From: Bacteroidia bacterium | Lineage (GTDB): Bacteria; Bacteroidota; Bacteroidia; UBA8524 | Length of the DNA: 64,000 nt | Reading direction: 5' to 3' | Assembly (NCBI GenBank): GCA_964215915.1 | Contig: CAXPEB010000066.1 | Coordinates: 34,349 to 98,348, forward strand | Shown: positions 32,101 through 42,000 of the stretch, in pieces | Layout of the letters: the number at the start of each line of letters is the position of its first letter | Position numbering within the stretch: position 1 is the stretch's first letter | The notes under the pieces: model-generated | What the model was told of the DNA's origin: nothing | Databases searched by the model: none | What the model saw: the letters and a program-made list of their open reading frames with translations, nothing else | Made by a program: the position numbers and the translations under genes

Positions 32101-33593
32101 ATAGCCTAAGGCTTCAGTTACCTCTGGATACTCCGTATTGTTATGGCGAAACGGTGAACCTTCAGGCTCAGGCATCTGGTGGATTGCCAGCTGGATACGA
32201 TTTTGTCTGGAAAGATCCGGCGGATAATATTCTGTCTTCCACATCGGATATTCAGTTCCGTATCACTACGGTTACCGACCTCAGGCTGTTTCTTGAAGAC
32301 GGTTGCTCCGTTTTTGGGGATTCCCTGAGTCTGCAACTGAAACCTGGCCCGGAACTGAAAATTGCGCCTCAATCGGATACCACCTTGTGTTACGATGAAA
32401 TATTCCGGTTTACTCCATGGATTACCGAAGGAAACGGAGGACCATACGGGTATACTTCTTCGCCCCATGACAGTGCTGCTTTGTACAACGGTATTGTGGC
32501 GCAGAGTGATGAGATCATACGGATAATAGCCCATGACGGCTGCAGCGATGACGATACGATTGAGTTCCGTATAGATGTTCTGGATCCTATCCAGGTCATA
32601 TTCCCGAATGATACCCAGGTATGCCAGGGTGTGAGTATGGATTTGCAGCCTCAGGTTTCCGGAGGCCTTACAGATTCGATCCGCTATTACTGGAACGGAG
32701 TCGAAAGTCAGTTGAATCAGCAATTGCTTCTGGAGAGGGATACGTCTTTGGAGTTTTGTGTGCGAGATGGATGCAGCCAGGATTATTGCGACTCCCTGTA
32801 TGTGGGAGTATACCCGCTTCAATCTGCTTTGTTTGATCTCCTGGATTCTCCGCTTTGTGTGCCGGGGAATATCCGCATGCAAGTGCGCTTCCCGTCAGCA
32901 GGCTCTGTATATCATTGGACCATTTCTCCGGGGACTTCGGATTCCCTGACTTCCGACCCTGACTTTGAATATGTGCTAACGGCTCCGGGCAATTACCTGC
33001 TGGAGTTATTCGTGGAAGACGCGAACGGTTGTATTTCTCCGACGGAAACCGAAGCAGGTCGTGCTTATCCATACCCAAGTGCTCTATTCACCTTGTCGGA
33101 TACGGTACCTAAAATTGAACAGACCCTGGAAATACATGTGGCTGACCAAAGTGTGGTTCAACTGCAATGGAGTCTTGACGGTATCGATAGCGTCGGAGTC
33201 CAAAATTATTTATGGATGAGTGAGGATACCGGCCACTTTGAACTGGAGCTGATAGGAGCCAATCGTTGGGGATGTTACGACACCTTTATGATGCCCTTCC
33301 GGGTTCGGTATCCGATGAATTGTTTTGTTCCGAATGCATTCTCTCCATTCGGATTGGAGTCGAACAGAGAATTTCGCCCTGTTTGTGAATCGGTTTATGA
33401 ATCGGAACTGATTATCTATAACCGTTGGGGAGAAATCATTTTCAGGACAAATGATCCTGAGGGCTCCTGGGATGGAAAGGATCCGAAGACCGGTGAATAC
33501 TTCCAATCAGGAGTATACTTGTACCTTTTCAGAGCCAGGGATGGTTTCGGAGAAATATTCCAGCAATCCGGTACGGTGACGCTATTATTATGA
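29142..33593 (+). CDS. T9SS type B CTD (gliding-motility-associated C-terminal domain) surface protein with N-terminal SBBP-like beta-propeller and Cys-containing Ig-like repeats
   Basis: ATG 29142 after AGGGAGGA; signal peptide; DxxGNIYxxG propeller blades; repeated DTLLC..SGG..Y.W..D.CS units; C-terminus FVPNAFSP..N..F...IYNRWGEIIF...WDG...GVYLY...GTVTLL is the type B CTD signature. Confidence 0.85.
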   Translation: MKRNNLPGVRITIWLLGIVFFLPGFSQRLEWSELDENQAEFGFIGYKGARKNVTIDGSGNIISCAPFGNQVYVGANVHNAAFETLIVKRSPDGQVIWSRTLNGTGFKSGHSIHADSVGNIYVLGWYYGNSSIQGTNLYSYGNYDCFVVKLNAAGQIIYTRTFGGSGYDYPIAITSDPDGHAYIAGRLSLTLQCGPMTLVTMSASSHFLLCLDATGSPVYLRNVCQKAGTDWGKGDLSRSYQGKLAMVSTYLNNSGFQGFSLNGSGGYLAIIDETNGDIEHVVKAGAEAWVVDHEPGGNVVVLGLQQSSTDSVGGNELPVLNTANQLFLARVSGNGVTSRIRVMPKINGNYQNNEGIRGLHISQAGELFLSGEMTSPFLASPNKTVNMNLAHNSSKPQAVLFKMNEQFECLWFVGVGSVDTLAQPNSNLGCGVYTDPLGNIVWCTMNEANSVVRSKLLLNNDTFITDSLRSRFEAYGIHYWKFSEPFIRTLDPTNNAYCPGDTLTANFVKNGIFNQGNRFYLELSDSVGSFEYPLVLDSLQDTGVVTLKGAIPLFQTPSGQYRYRVRSDNPAVYGSISSLPIEVRGKPNADAGPDFLFCLGDTVYIEGSGGGSYRWEPHAGSIQTDSAMLITLPNNHSTYILRVTDSVSTCINYDTVSIQYRQAVKLKPMNDSLLCAGQRAVFYGGILEGDTSRAAYTWLDSSGNILAQADSLVLFANNPQRITLIAWDSCSILRDTLHFHTSIRDPLSIRVTPDTLLCFNSQSQITATASGGEQSGYRFLWYDAQSNALRKVGATMDTLLTDSLRLRVKVEDGCSAVPDSSEVLLRVSQIPAVDLPDTVFACYGDSIYLHATTSGGYPAPFNYSWKSGPYGTSDSFLIVASANETVGLRVRDACGILASTKTLLQVRVPKNIQIRQDTLVCVGEQVLIYASGAEQDTGQYGFYWEGDTLSSNYFYRTFYEDQVLHLRIVDQCDESEQLDSVRIDVRDSLRLQLPLDTPYCYGETVNLQAQASGGLPAGYDFVWKDPADNILSSTSDIQFRITTVTDLRLFLEDGCSVFGDSLSLQLKPGPELKIAPQSDTTLCYDEIFRFTPWITEGNGGPYGYTSSPHDSAALYNGIVAQSDEIIRIIAHDGCSDDDTIEFRIDVLDPIQVIFPNDTQVCQGVSMDLQPQVSGGLTDSIRYYWNGVESQLNQQLLLERDTSLEFCVRDGCSQDYCDSLYVGVYPLQSALFDLLDSPLCVPGNIRMQVRFPSAGSVYHWTISPGTSDSLTSDPDFEYVLTAPGNYLLELFVEDANGCISPTETEAGRAYPYPSALFTLSDTVPKIEQTLEIHVADQSVVQLQWSLDGIDSVGVQNYLWMSEDTGHFELELIGANRWGCYDTFMMPFRVRYPMNCFVPNAFSPFGLESNREFRPVCESVYESELIIYNRWGEIIFRTNDPEGSWDGKDPKTGEYFQSGVYLYLFRARDGFGEIFQQSGTVTLLL

Positions 33594-33624
33594 ATGCCCC
33601 AGCCCAATTAAGGACCGGGGCATA
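33594..33624. terminator. Possible terminator hairpin after the type B CTD gene
   Basis: ATGCCCC...GGGGCAT inverted repeat directly after the stop codon; no clear U-tract. Confidence 0.35.
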
Positions 33625-33797
33625 TCACCAAACCAAATAATGAGTATTCTACCCGAATATAGATATATATACCTAGTTGGGAAAGTATTTAATCGATCTC
33701 GAAAACCTTTTCGATAAAAGGCTTTCAGGGGATGAAAAGTGATAAATTATTAAGGATAAATCTGGATTCTTATCGGCTATTTCGGTAATTCGTTGTC

Positions 33798-34361
33798 ATG
33801 ATCGATTGGTCTTCATTTCGTCCCGAAAAAGGATGCCTTTTACTTTCCGAGCCGACTCTCGCCGATCCCAATTTTGCCCGGACTGTTGTGCTGTTGGTTG
33901 CCCATAATGAGGAAGGTTCTGTCGGGTTTGTGTTGAACCGGAGCCTGGAACTGGGTTTGTCTGATTTTGGCGAGTCTTTTTCCGGTATAGAGGAGAAGGT
34001 GTATGAGGGAGGGCCGGTAGAACTGGAAACCCTGCATTATCTGCATGATTCCGGTGAGCAGATCCCCGGGGCAGAGCGGGTGATGGATGGCCTGTATTGG
34101 GGCGGAGATTTTGAACTGATGATGCAGCTGCAACGTGGTGGGGAAGGAAAGGTGCATTCCCGTTATTTCCTGGGATACAGCGGTTGGGGGCCTGGTCAGC
34201 TTGAGGCAGAAATGCAGGAGCAAACCTGGCTGACCATACGAGTCGAAGCGCCATTGATTTGGGACACACCGGCAACACAGTTGTGGGAAACCTGTATCCG
34301 CCGTCTTGGCGGTGAAGCGGCACGCCTTGCAGGTTATCCCATGGATCCCCGCTGGAACTGA
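33798..34361 (+). CDS. YqgE/AlgH (UPF0301, DUF179) family protein
   Basis: DPNFARTVVLL, GFVLNR, VYEGGPV, FLGYSGWGPGQLEAE, terminal DPRWN. Confidence 0.92.
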   Translation: MIDWSSFRPEKGCLLLSEPTLADPNFARTVVLLVAHNEEGSVGFVLNRSLELGLSDFGESFSGIEEKVYEGGPVELETLHYLHDSGEQIPGAERVMDGLYWGGDFELMMQLQRGGEGKVHSRYFLGYSGWGPGQLEAEMQEQTWLTIRVEAPLIWDTPATQLWETCIRRLGGEAARLAGYPMDPRWN

Positions 34362-35372
34362 TCAAGGATAACCGTTCACTTTATCATAGCACAATCCAGC
34401 GCATTGCTGCAGAGCACTACGAAGCAAATTGATATCGTTGCCCTTGCTCATAACTGATAGCAGGAAGGGATGCCTCGGATGATATACAATGGCTACCTGG
34501 TGTAGCTGTACCGGAAATTCCGGATTCATTTCACTTACATTAAAACGTACTCCGAATTTGTGTGCCATGGATATGCCGGCGGGGATACTCTTGCGAAATC
34601 CCTGGCCGTAACGACTTCGGCTTAGCATCTGCAAGGCCCGGTTGGAATGATCGGGATTCAGATAGCTGCCCTGGTATAGTGCTTCCATCATAGCGGCAAA
34701 ATGACCGATCCGAACAATATCTTCCAGGTTATTTGAGGTGGGCGGCAGGGTGGCCTTCAGGTCGTTTTCTACCCGAACAAGCAAATAAGGGTCCTGTTGT
34801 TCAAGGAACTGGAGCAGGGCGAGAGTGGCGTTATTGTCCGAATGGCTCACCATAATCTGCATCAACTCCGTAACGGGGTATGCCTTTCCGGATTCAAAGG
34901 TCCAGGATTCGTTTTCTTCCAGGTTTTTATCGATCAGTCCCGGGTCAGCTTGGCCCGGAATCAACATTTGATTGAGGATATTTCCTTTTTCTTCTTCCAG
35001 CTTAAAACAGGCAATCAGAATGGGGATTTTCAGTAAAGAAGCTGGGACGTAGCGCGTAGTGGAATCCAGCTGAAAACCCAGTCCGGTATTAAGATCGACC
35101 CATTGAATGGAAAGAGCCCGGATGCTTCCGTTGTGGCATAGTGCAAGCCGGAGAGAATCCAGATCATGCTCAAGTCCTGTAACAAATGCCGTGTTAAGCT
35201 TTTCCCGTTTCAAGCCGGATAGGCTGTCATTCAGGAGAGGAAACAGAGATGCCTCCGAAGGGATGTTTGGCTTGTGACTGTTGTCCGGTTGTTTCTTCCT
35301 TTCCCCACAGGAAACCAGAAAAGGAATAAGAAAAAGGATCAGGTAATGGACAGTTCTTTTATTGGGTTTCAC
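34362..35372 (-). CDS. Lipoprotein serine hydrolase, class A beta-lactamase/PBP-like fold
   Basis: Lipobox LVS-C; SxxK (ASLLK), SDN (SHSDNNAT) and a KTG variant (HKFG). No recognisable ExxLN omega loop. GTG start. Confidence 0.8.
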   Translation of the reverse strand: MKPNKRTVHYLILFLIPFLVSCGERKKQPDNSHKPNIPSEASLFPLLNDSLSGLKREKLNTAFVTGLEHDLDSLRLALCHNGSIRALSIQWVDLNTGLGFQLDSTTRYVPASLLKIPILIACFKLEEEKGNILNQMLIPGQADPGLIDKNLEENESWTFESGKAYPVTELMQIMVSHSDNNATLALLQFLEQQDPYLLVRVENDLKATLPPTSNNLEDIVRIGHFAAMMEALYQGSYLNPDHSNRALQMLSRSRYGQGFRKSIPAGISMAHKFGVRFNVSEMNPEFPVQLHQVAIVYHPRHPFLLSVMSKGNDINLLRSALQQCAGLCYDKVNGYP

Positions 35373-36073
35373 GCTGTTGCAATCATAAGAATATAACTAG
35401 TAAAATACAATCTTAATTGAGGCTATTTTCAAGAGGTCTTGTTTTCAGGGAAATTGATGTGAATGCTGAGTATACGGGCTTTATGAGGGATAGGTAGTGT
35501 TATTTATGTGTGTTACATAGGTATAATAGCTAGGTGTAGATATTAATCGAAAACACGGATATGCTTGAACTATGTAGTTGTTAATAATAGGTATATTGCA
35601 TGCGGATTTGAATGTAAACCAAACCGTAATCATAGTCTGCCGGCAGCAAATTTAATTGCCGTCAGTTGGATTGCAGACCAGACATCCAACTCCTATCATC
35701 AAACCCAAAGTTATCAAGTAATGAGTATGCGTATCTCGCTGTGGACAACAGGTGTTGTCCGGCAGTTTGCGGGTGTTCGCGGGTATCCGGTTATTTCTTC
35801 CGGTGTTCCGTGGTGGAGTTTGGTTTCTTCCATGAAGCCCTTACTTCCTCATAGCATTCCTGTGTCTTTTGGGTTTTTATCACTGCAAACCGGGCTTTTG
35901 CCGGTTTCATCTTCAGGCTCATCCTTTGGGCCCGATCGCGAATTTTCGGGGTCATTTATCCTGCTTCAGCCACTATTTCTCTTTTCAGACAGTGGCTTGA
36001 ACGGGTTCCCCGGCTATTCCCTGCTTTCGCAATCAGAATCCAAATCACAATAGAAAACAAACCAGAGAATGTA

Positions 36074-39000
36074 ATGAGAAACATGTTACTCAAACGAGCG
36101 TGGCCAGTTCTGGCCGCATGTGTGCTGTTTATTACTACCACGCATGCCCAGACGTACACGTTCACGAATGCAGGTGCAGCGGGTCAGTATGGACCGACCC
36201 AGGCACAAGTGAACACAGCCTATACCGGTACTCCCCTTGCCGGACAGGTATTAGTCAGCGGGGGGATTCAGTACTGGATCGTTCCGCAAACCGGACTTTA
36301 CAGTATTGCGGCTACCGGTGCCAAAGGTTATGGCACCTATGGAGGCCGCGGGGCCTATATGTCGGGTGAATTTATCCTGAATGCCGGTGATACGCTTAAG
36401 ATCCTGGTAGGACAAAAAGGAGCTCCTCCTGTCGGGTCAGGTACCAATCAGTACGGTGGGGGAGGCGGTTCCTTCCTTACCTATTTCAACAATACGCCTA
36501 TCCTGATCGCAGGTGGCGGCGGTGGTTCCTGGGCTTCTTCCCATACCTCCACAACAGATGCCTCTACCGGAACATCCGGTAACACGGCAGCCAACGGTCC
36601 TACCAACGGGGCCGGTGGTACCAATGGCGCCGGTGGCGTTGACGGCGGGATCGCCGGTGGCGGTGGTGGTCTCCTTGGAGATGGAGGAGACGTATCCGGA
36701 GGAAAAGCATTCATTAACGGTGGTGCCGGCGGACGTGCGGCAACCAACGGTGGTGAAGGTGGCTTTGGCGGCGGCGGCGGTGCCAACAGCTGGGATAACC
36801 GGCGTGGCGGCGGTGGCGGTGGCTACAGCGGTGGCGGTGGTGCCGGAAGCACCACAACAGGCTTCCCCGAAGGCGGCGGTGGCGGTTCCTACAATATCGG
36901 AATGAACCAGACCAACATGGCCGGTATAGGTACCGGAGACGGTATCATCGTAATCAAAGTGCTCTCCTCAGGAGCAACCAACGACGTGGGTGTGATCTCT
37001 ATCGATTCCCCGAATGTATACTGTGCCGGCATTCACAATGTGGTGGCCACTATCCAGAACTTCGGGAAGAATGTGGTAGATAGCGTAACACTTAACTGGA
37101 GTATGAACGGAGTAGCCCAGACACCCTTCAAATTTATCGGAACCATTGATACCATCGGAGGAACAGGCGGCCCAACCCGCCAGGTGACCGTTGGATCCTT
37201 TAACTTTACCTCTGCGGCCTATACCGTTAAAATTTGGTCCTCCAACCCTAACGGGGGTAATGACACCGTCAATACCAACGACACTTTGACCCGGGTAAAA
37301 CAAGCCAACCTGCCGGCGCCCGGAGGCCTTAAAGCGCTGACCGTAAATCCATACAATGCTACCCTGGCATGGAGTGGCGGTTCGGTATCCAATACCTGGG
37401 CTTATGTAAATGCAACCAGTGCAATTACCCCGACAGGACCCGGTACCGTAGTAGCGCATGATAGCGTATACCTAACCGGCCTGAACGAAAGAACCACCTA
37501 CTATTTTTATGTAAGGGAGATCTGCCAGACAGGCGACAGCTCTACCTGGGCCGGGCCACTCGTATACCGCACACCCTGTGCAACAATTCTAAATGGTAAC
37601 TACACGCTGAACCCGGCTTTGCCCGCTTCGGCTACCAACTTCAGAACATTTGCCAATGCCGTACTTGCCCTTACCGAATGCGGGGTAAGCGGACCGGTAA
37701 ACATCCATGTGGCTTCCGGCACGTTTAACGAACGTATCGAGATCACGGAAATCCCGGGAGCAAGCAGCACCAACCTCATCCGTTTTGTCGGTGCCGGACG
37801 TACTTCTACCATTCTCAGCAACGCCGGAACCAGTACCGCGAACTTTGTGACCCTTATGTTTGACGGAGCCGACTTCGTGGAATTCCGTGATATGACCATT
37901 AGGGGTACCGGCGCAAGTAACGGTATCGGGGTTATGTTCATCAATAAAGCGGACAGCAATGCGCTGCGCAATGTGAATGTAACCGTGAATACCACAGCTA
38001 CCGGTGCTACCGTAACAGGCATTACCTTCTCCGGAAGTAAGACCAGTGCCAGCACCTATGCCGACAATGGTAACTACAACCACATCGATAGCGTAACCGT
38101 TACCGGAGGATACTACGGAATCCGTTTGAACGGAGGAAGCACCACACTGCCTATCGTAGGGAACAAAATCACCAATACCACGATCCGGGATCATTATTAC
38201 TACGGCATCTATGCCTACTACAACAGCCAACTGGTGGTAGACAACTGCTACATGGAAAACACCCGGAATACGGCCAATGCCGACGGTTTATATACCACCT
38301 ACATGGGTAACCCCCGGTTTACGAACAATACCATTATTTCCGGCGATTATGCGCTGTACATGAGCAACCTTAACACTGCTTATTACGATGCCAACCTCGT
38401 TTCGGAAGTAGCCAATAACAAGATCGTAAGTACTGCGGATTATGGGGTTTATGCATCAGGTTCCGGAAATTTCCGCTTTGTACACAACAGTGTCAGCGTG
38501 AGCTCTGCCTATGCGCTTTATTTCACCGGTGGATCGAGTGTCAGGATGTTTAACAACCACATCCAGAACTACCGAACAAGCGCTAACTCCTATTCGATGT
38601 ATGCGACCTGCGGCTTTGATTCGCTGGATTACAACAACTACTGGACCCTCGGTACAGGTATCATGTTCAATTTCCAGGGAACCACGTACAACGATTTTGC
38701 AAGTTACCAGGGCGTTGCCGCCGGTTTAGGTTTTGATGTGAATAGCTACAACCAGGATCCCGGCTTCCTTAGCCCGACCAACCTGGCTCTGGATCAATCC
38801 ATCATCAACCTCCGCGGAAAATTTGCCGGATGGTACTACGACATCGACGGAAACGAACGTTGCGAGTTTGCCCCCACTCTCGGAGCGGATGAGTCTTATT
38901 TCGCTACGCCTAGCCCCGATGCCATCCTGGTGCAGGAAGACAGCGTATTTGTGTCTTCTCCGGCTAAATTCTATTCGGCCTTTACCCCGCTCGCCAACGT

Positions 39001-42000
39001 GTTGCTGGATTATACCTGGTATGTAGACAATGCCGTAGTCTCCAAAGAACGCAACTACCGCCATGTATTCGGTACAACCGGTAATTATGAGGTGAAACTC
39101 CGTGTAAGGAGCTGTACCGGTGTGGACAGAGACAGCGTGATGGTGAATGTCATCAATCCCTCCAGCATTCCTAATACCGACTTTACAGCCAGCAAACTGG
39201 TGGTGGATGTTCTGGAACCCAGTCAACTCAGCGACCTTTCCGATCATGGAGCGACTCAATGGGAATGGACGGCTGAACCCAGCTATGATGTGATCTTCTC
39301 CGATGCTTTCATCAGCGATCCGCAGGTGCTGTTCCTTAGCCCGGGTGAATACAAAATCTGCCTGACTACATGGAATAGTTTCGGACAGGGCAATATGCTT
39401 TGTAAAACCGCTTACATCAAAGTGAACGACGACGCCAGCCTGTGTTCGGCTACCGAAAGCACACTCCCAGCCGGTCGCCTGACCGATGAAGGGGGAGCGA
39501 ACGGTAACTACACGGCAAACAGCAACTGCAGCTTCCTGATCCATCCCTGCGCCGGCGAAGTAACCCTGCGTTTCACACAATGGCTGTTGAGCGATGCGGA
39601 TGATGAATTGAGAGTATATGACGGTACCGATAATTCCGGTACGCTGATCGGAACTTTCAACGGCAACTCCAACCTCCCCGGCGGAACAAACGGACTTGTC
39701 GCCAGCAGCGGTAAAATGTTTATCGAATGGTCTACCAGTCCGGCCGGACAAACCGCCGGATTCGTGGCTTACTGGACTTCCACTCCCGACCCGAATACGC
39801 CCAAACCGGTTGCGGATTTTGTGACCCAGGATTCGGTGTTTATCGGCCAGGTTGCCAGCTTCGTTTCCACCAGTACCGGTGACGCACTGAGCTACCAGTG
39901 GGATTTTGATGTTCCATTCCTGCAAGCCGGAATTGACGGTGGTAAGAAAGAAAGCGATCGTTACCAGTGGAATACCCCCGGCACCTATCCCGTAGCCCTT
40001 ATGGTATATAACTGCGGTGGAGGAGATACCCTTCAGAAACAGATAACCGTTTATGCTCCGGTAAGTGCTCCGGTAGTTGGTTTTACAGCCAGCCGCACGA
40101 AGGTGCCTGTGCTCAGCACCATTACCCTTTTTGATAGCAGCTTACAGGGTGGAACGGCCTGGGAATGGACGATTACTCCGGAGGTGACCGTGAACATGAT
40201 CGGATTGCCTACTGACAAAGACCTGAAAGTAAGCTTCCTGAAAAGCGGTCAATATACCGTGCAGCTGAAAGTAACCAACTCGGTGGGATCCGATAGTCTT
40301 ATCAAGACCGCTTATATCGATGTGTTCGATTATTGCAGCCCTGTAGTCGGAAGCGCCAGCAGCGATGTGGCCATCAGCCGTGTGAAATTCGGAACGATAG
40401 ACAATGCCAGCAGCAGCGGCGCGGAAACCTACACCAGCTATGTTGACCTGCTTCCTGCAGTGGACCTTGCCCTCCGCGACAGCTTTGATATCCGTATCGA
40501 ACGTCAGAGCACCGTGGATCCGATGAGTAGAAAAGTATGGATCGATTGGAACAACGACGGTGATTTTACTGATGCCGGAGAAGAAGTGGCCTTCGAAGCT
40601 TCCACCAAAAGCCTGTACTATACGGCACGGATCGGTGTTCCGTCAACCGCTAACCTGGGCTTTACCACCCTGCGTGTAGGGGTGAGCTACGGACAAGATG
40701 CCAATAAACCTTGCGGAATCAACCCGACCGGCGAGTTTGAGGATTACCCGGTACGTATCACGGTAGACAAACAAGCCCCGGTTATTACCCTCATGGGTAT
40801 GGATACCGTTTGGGTGGAACAAGGTTATTCCTATACCGATGCAGGGGCTGTTGCCATGGATAACGTGGACGGCAACCTCACTCCGGTTATGACCACCCTG
40901 AACCCTGTGGACACTGCTATGGTAGGTGTGTATACGGTAAGGTACAATGTGGCGGATAATGATGGAAATCAGGCAACCGAACGTATACGTGTGGTAGTAG
41001 TTACCCCGGATGTTACCAAACCGGTGATTATCCTTACCGGACCGGCCTCCGTTACCGTAACGGCCATGACCAACTATACCGACAGTGGAGCTACGGCATC
41101 GGATTACTACCTGAAAGACCTGACCCCACAACTTCAGTTCGGAGATAATGTCGACCTGAACAGCCTGGGAACATACTACTACTGGTACACGGTTGTAGAT
41201 GCTGTCGGAAACAAAGATTCCGTGGCAAGGGAAGTGGTTGTGGTGGATGATGTGGCTCCGGTACTGCAACTGGCAGGAGCGAACCCGTTGGTAATGGAAG
41301 TCCATACTTCCATCAATGAACCCGGATATACCGTGGGGGATAACTACTACAGCACCGTTTTGGTAGAGATCGACTCCAGTATGGTGAACAAACACGTTAT
41401 CGGGGTTTACCCAATGACCTATACCGTAACAGACGGTTCCGGTAATGTGACAGTGGTAACCCGGTTGGTAAGTGTGGAAGATCATACCTTACCTCTCGTG
41501 ATCCTTACCGGTGCAGATACCGTGGTGGTGGATGTATTCAATACCTACATTGAGCAAGGCGTTCAGGTAACCGATAACTACTGTTCAGCCCTGACCTGGT
41601 CCGTGAATCAGAAGCCGAACACCTCGGTGCTGGGTGAGTATACCCTGATCTATACCAGTGTGGATTGTAACGGCAATACGGCTGTTCCGGTTACCCGTAT
41701 AGTTCGGGTAGTGGATCGCCAGGCTCCGGTACTGACCCTTAACGGCACTGCCGCTGTGAGCATGATGCGTTGGGAAAGTTTCACCGACCCGGGTGTGACT
41801 ATCCGCGACAACTACTACGATGAGAGCATCCTGCAGACAGTTCTGCAAATCAGCGGAAACTTTGATCCGAATTGGGTTGGCTTTTACAGCATCTGTTACC
41901 AGGTAACCGATCCTTCCGGAAACGTTTCCGCACAGGTATGCCGTACCATCGAAGTGCTGGAAAATACCACCGGAGTTCAGGATATGAACGGATCGGCAAT

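Noticed and set aside
34362-35372. Bona fide class A beta-lactamase resistance gene
   Set aside because: KTG is replaced by KFG and no ExxLN omega-loop motif is recognisable; only the fold is supported.
35565-36053. 162-aa ORF upstream of adhesin 4
   Set aside because: TTG start, Ser/Phe-rich low-information composition and no motifs; more likely non-coding.
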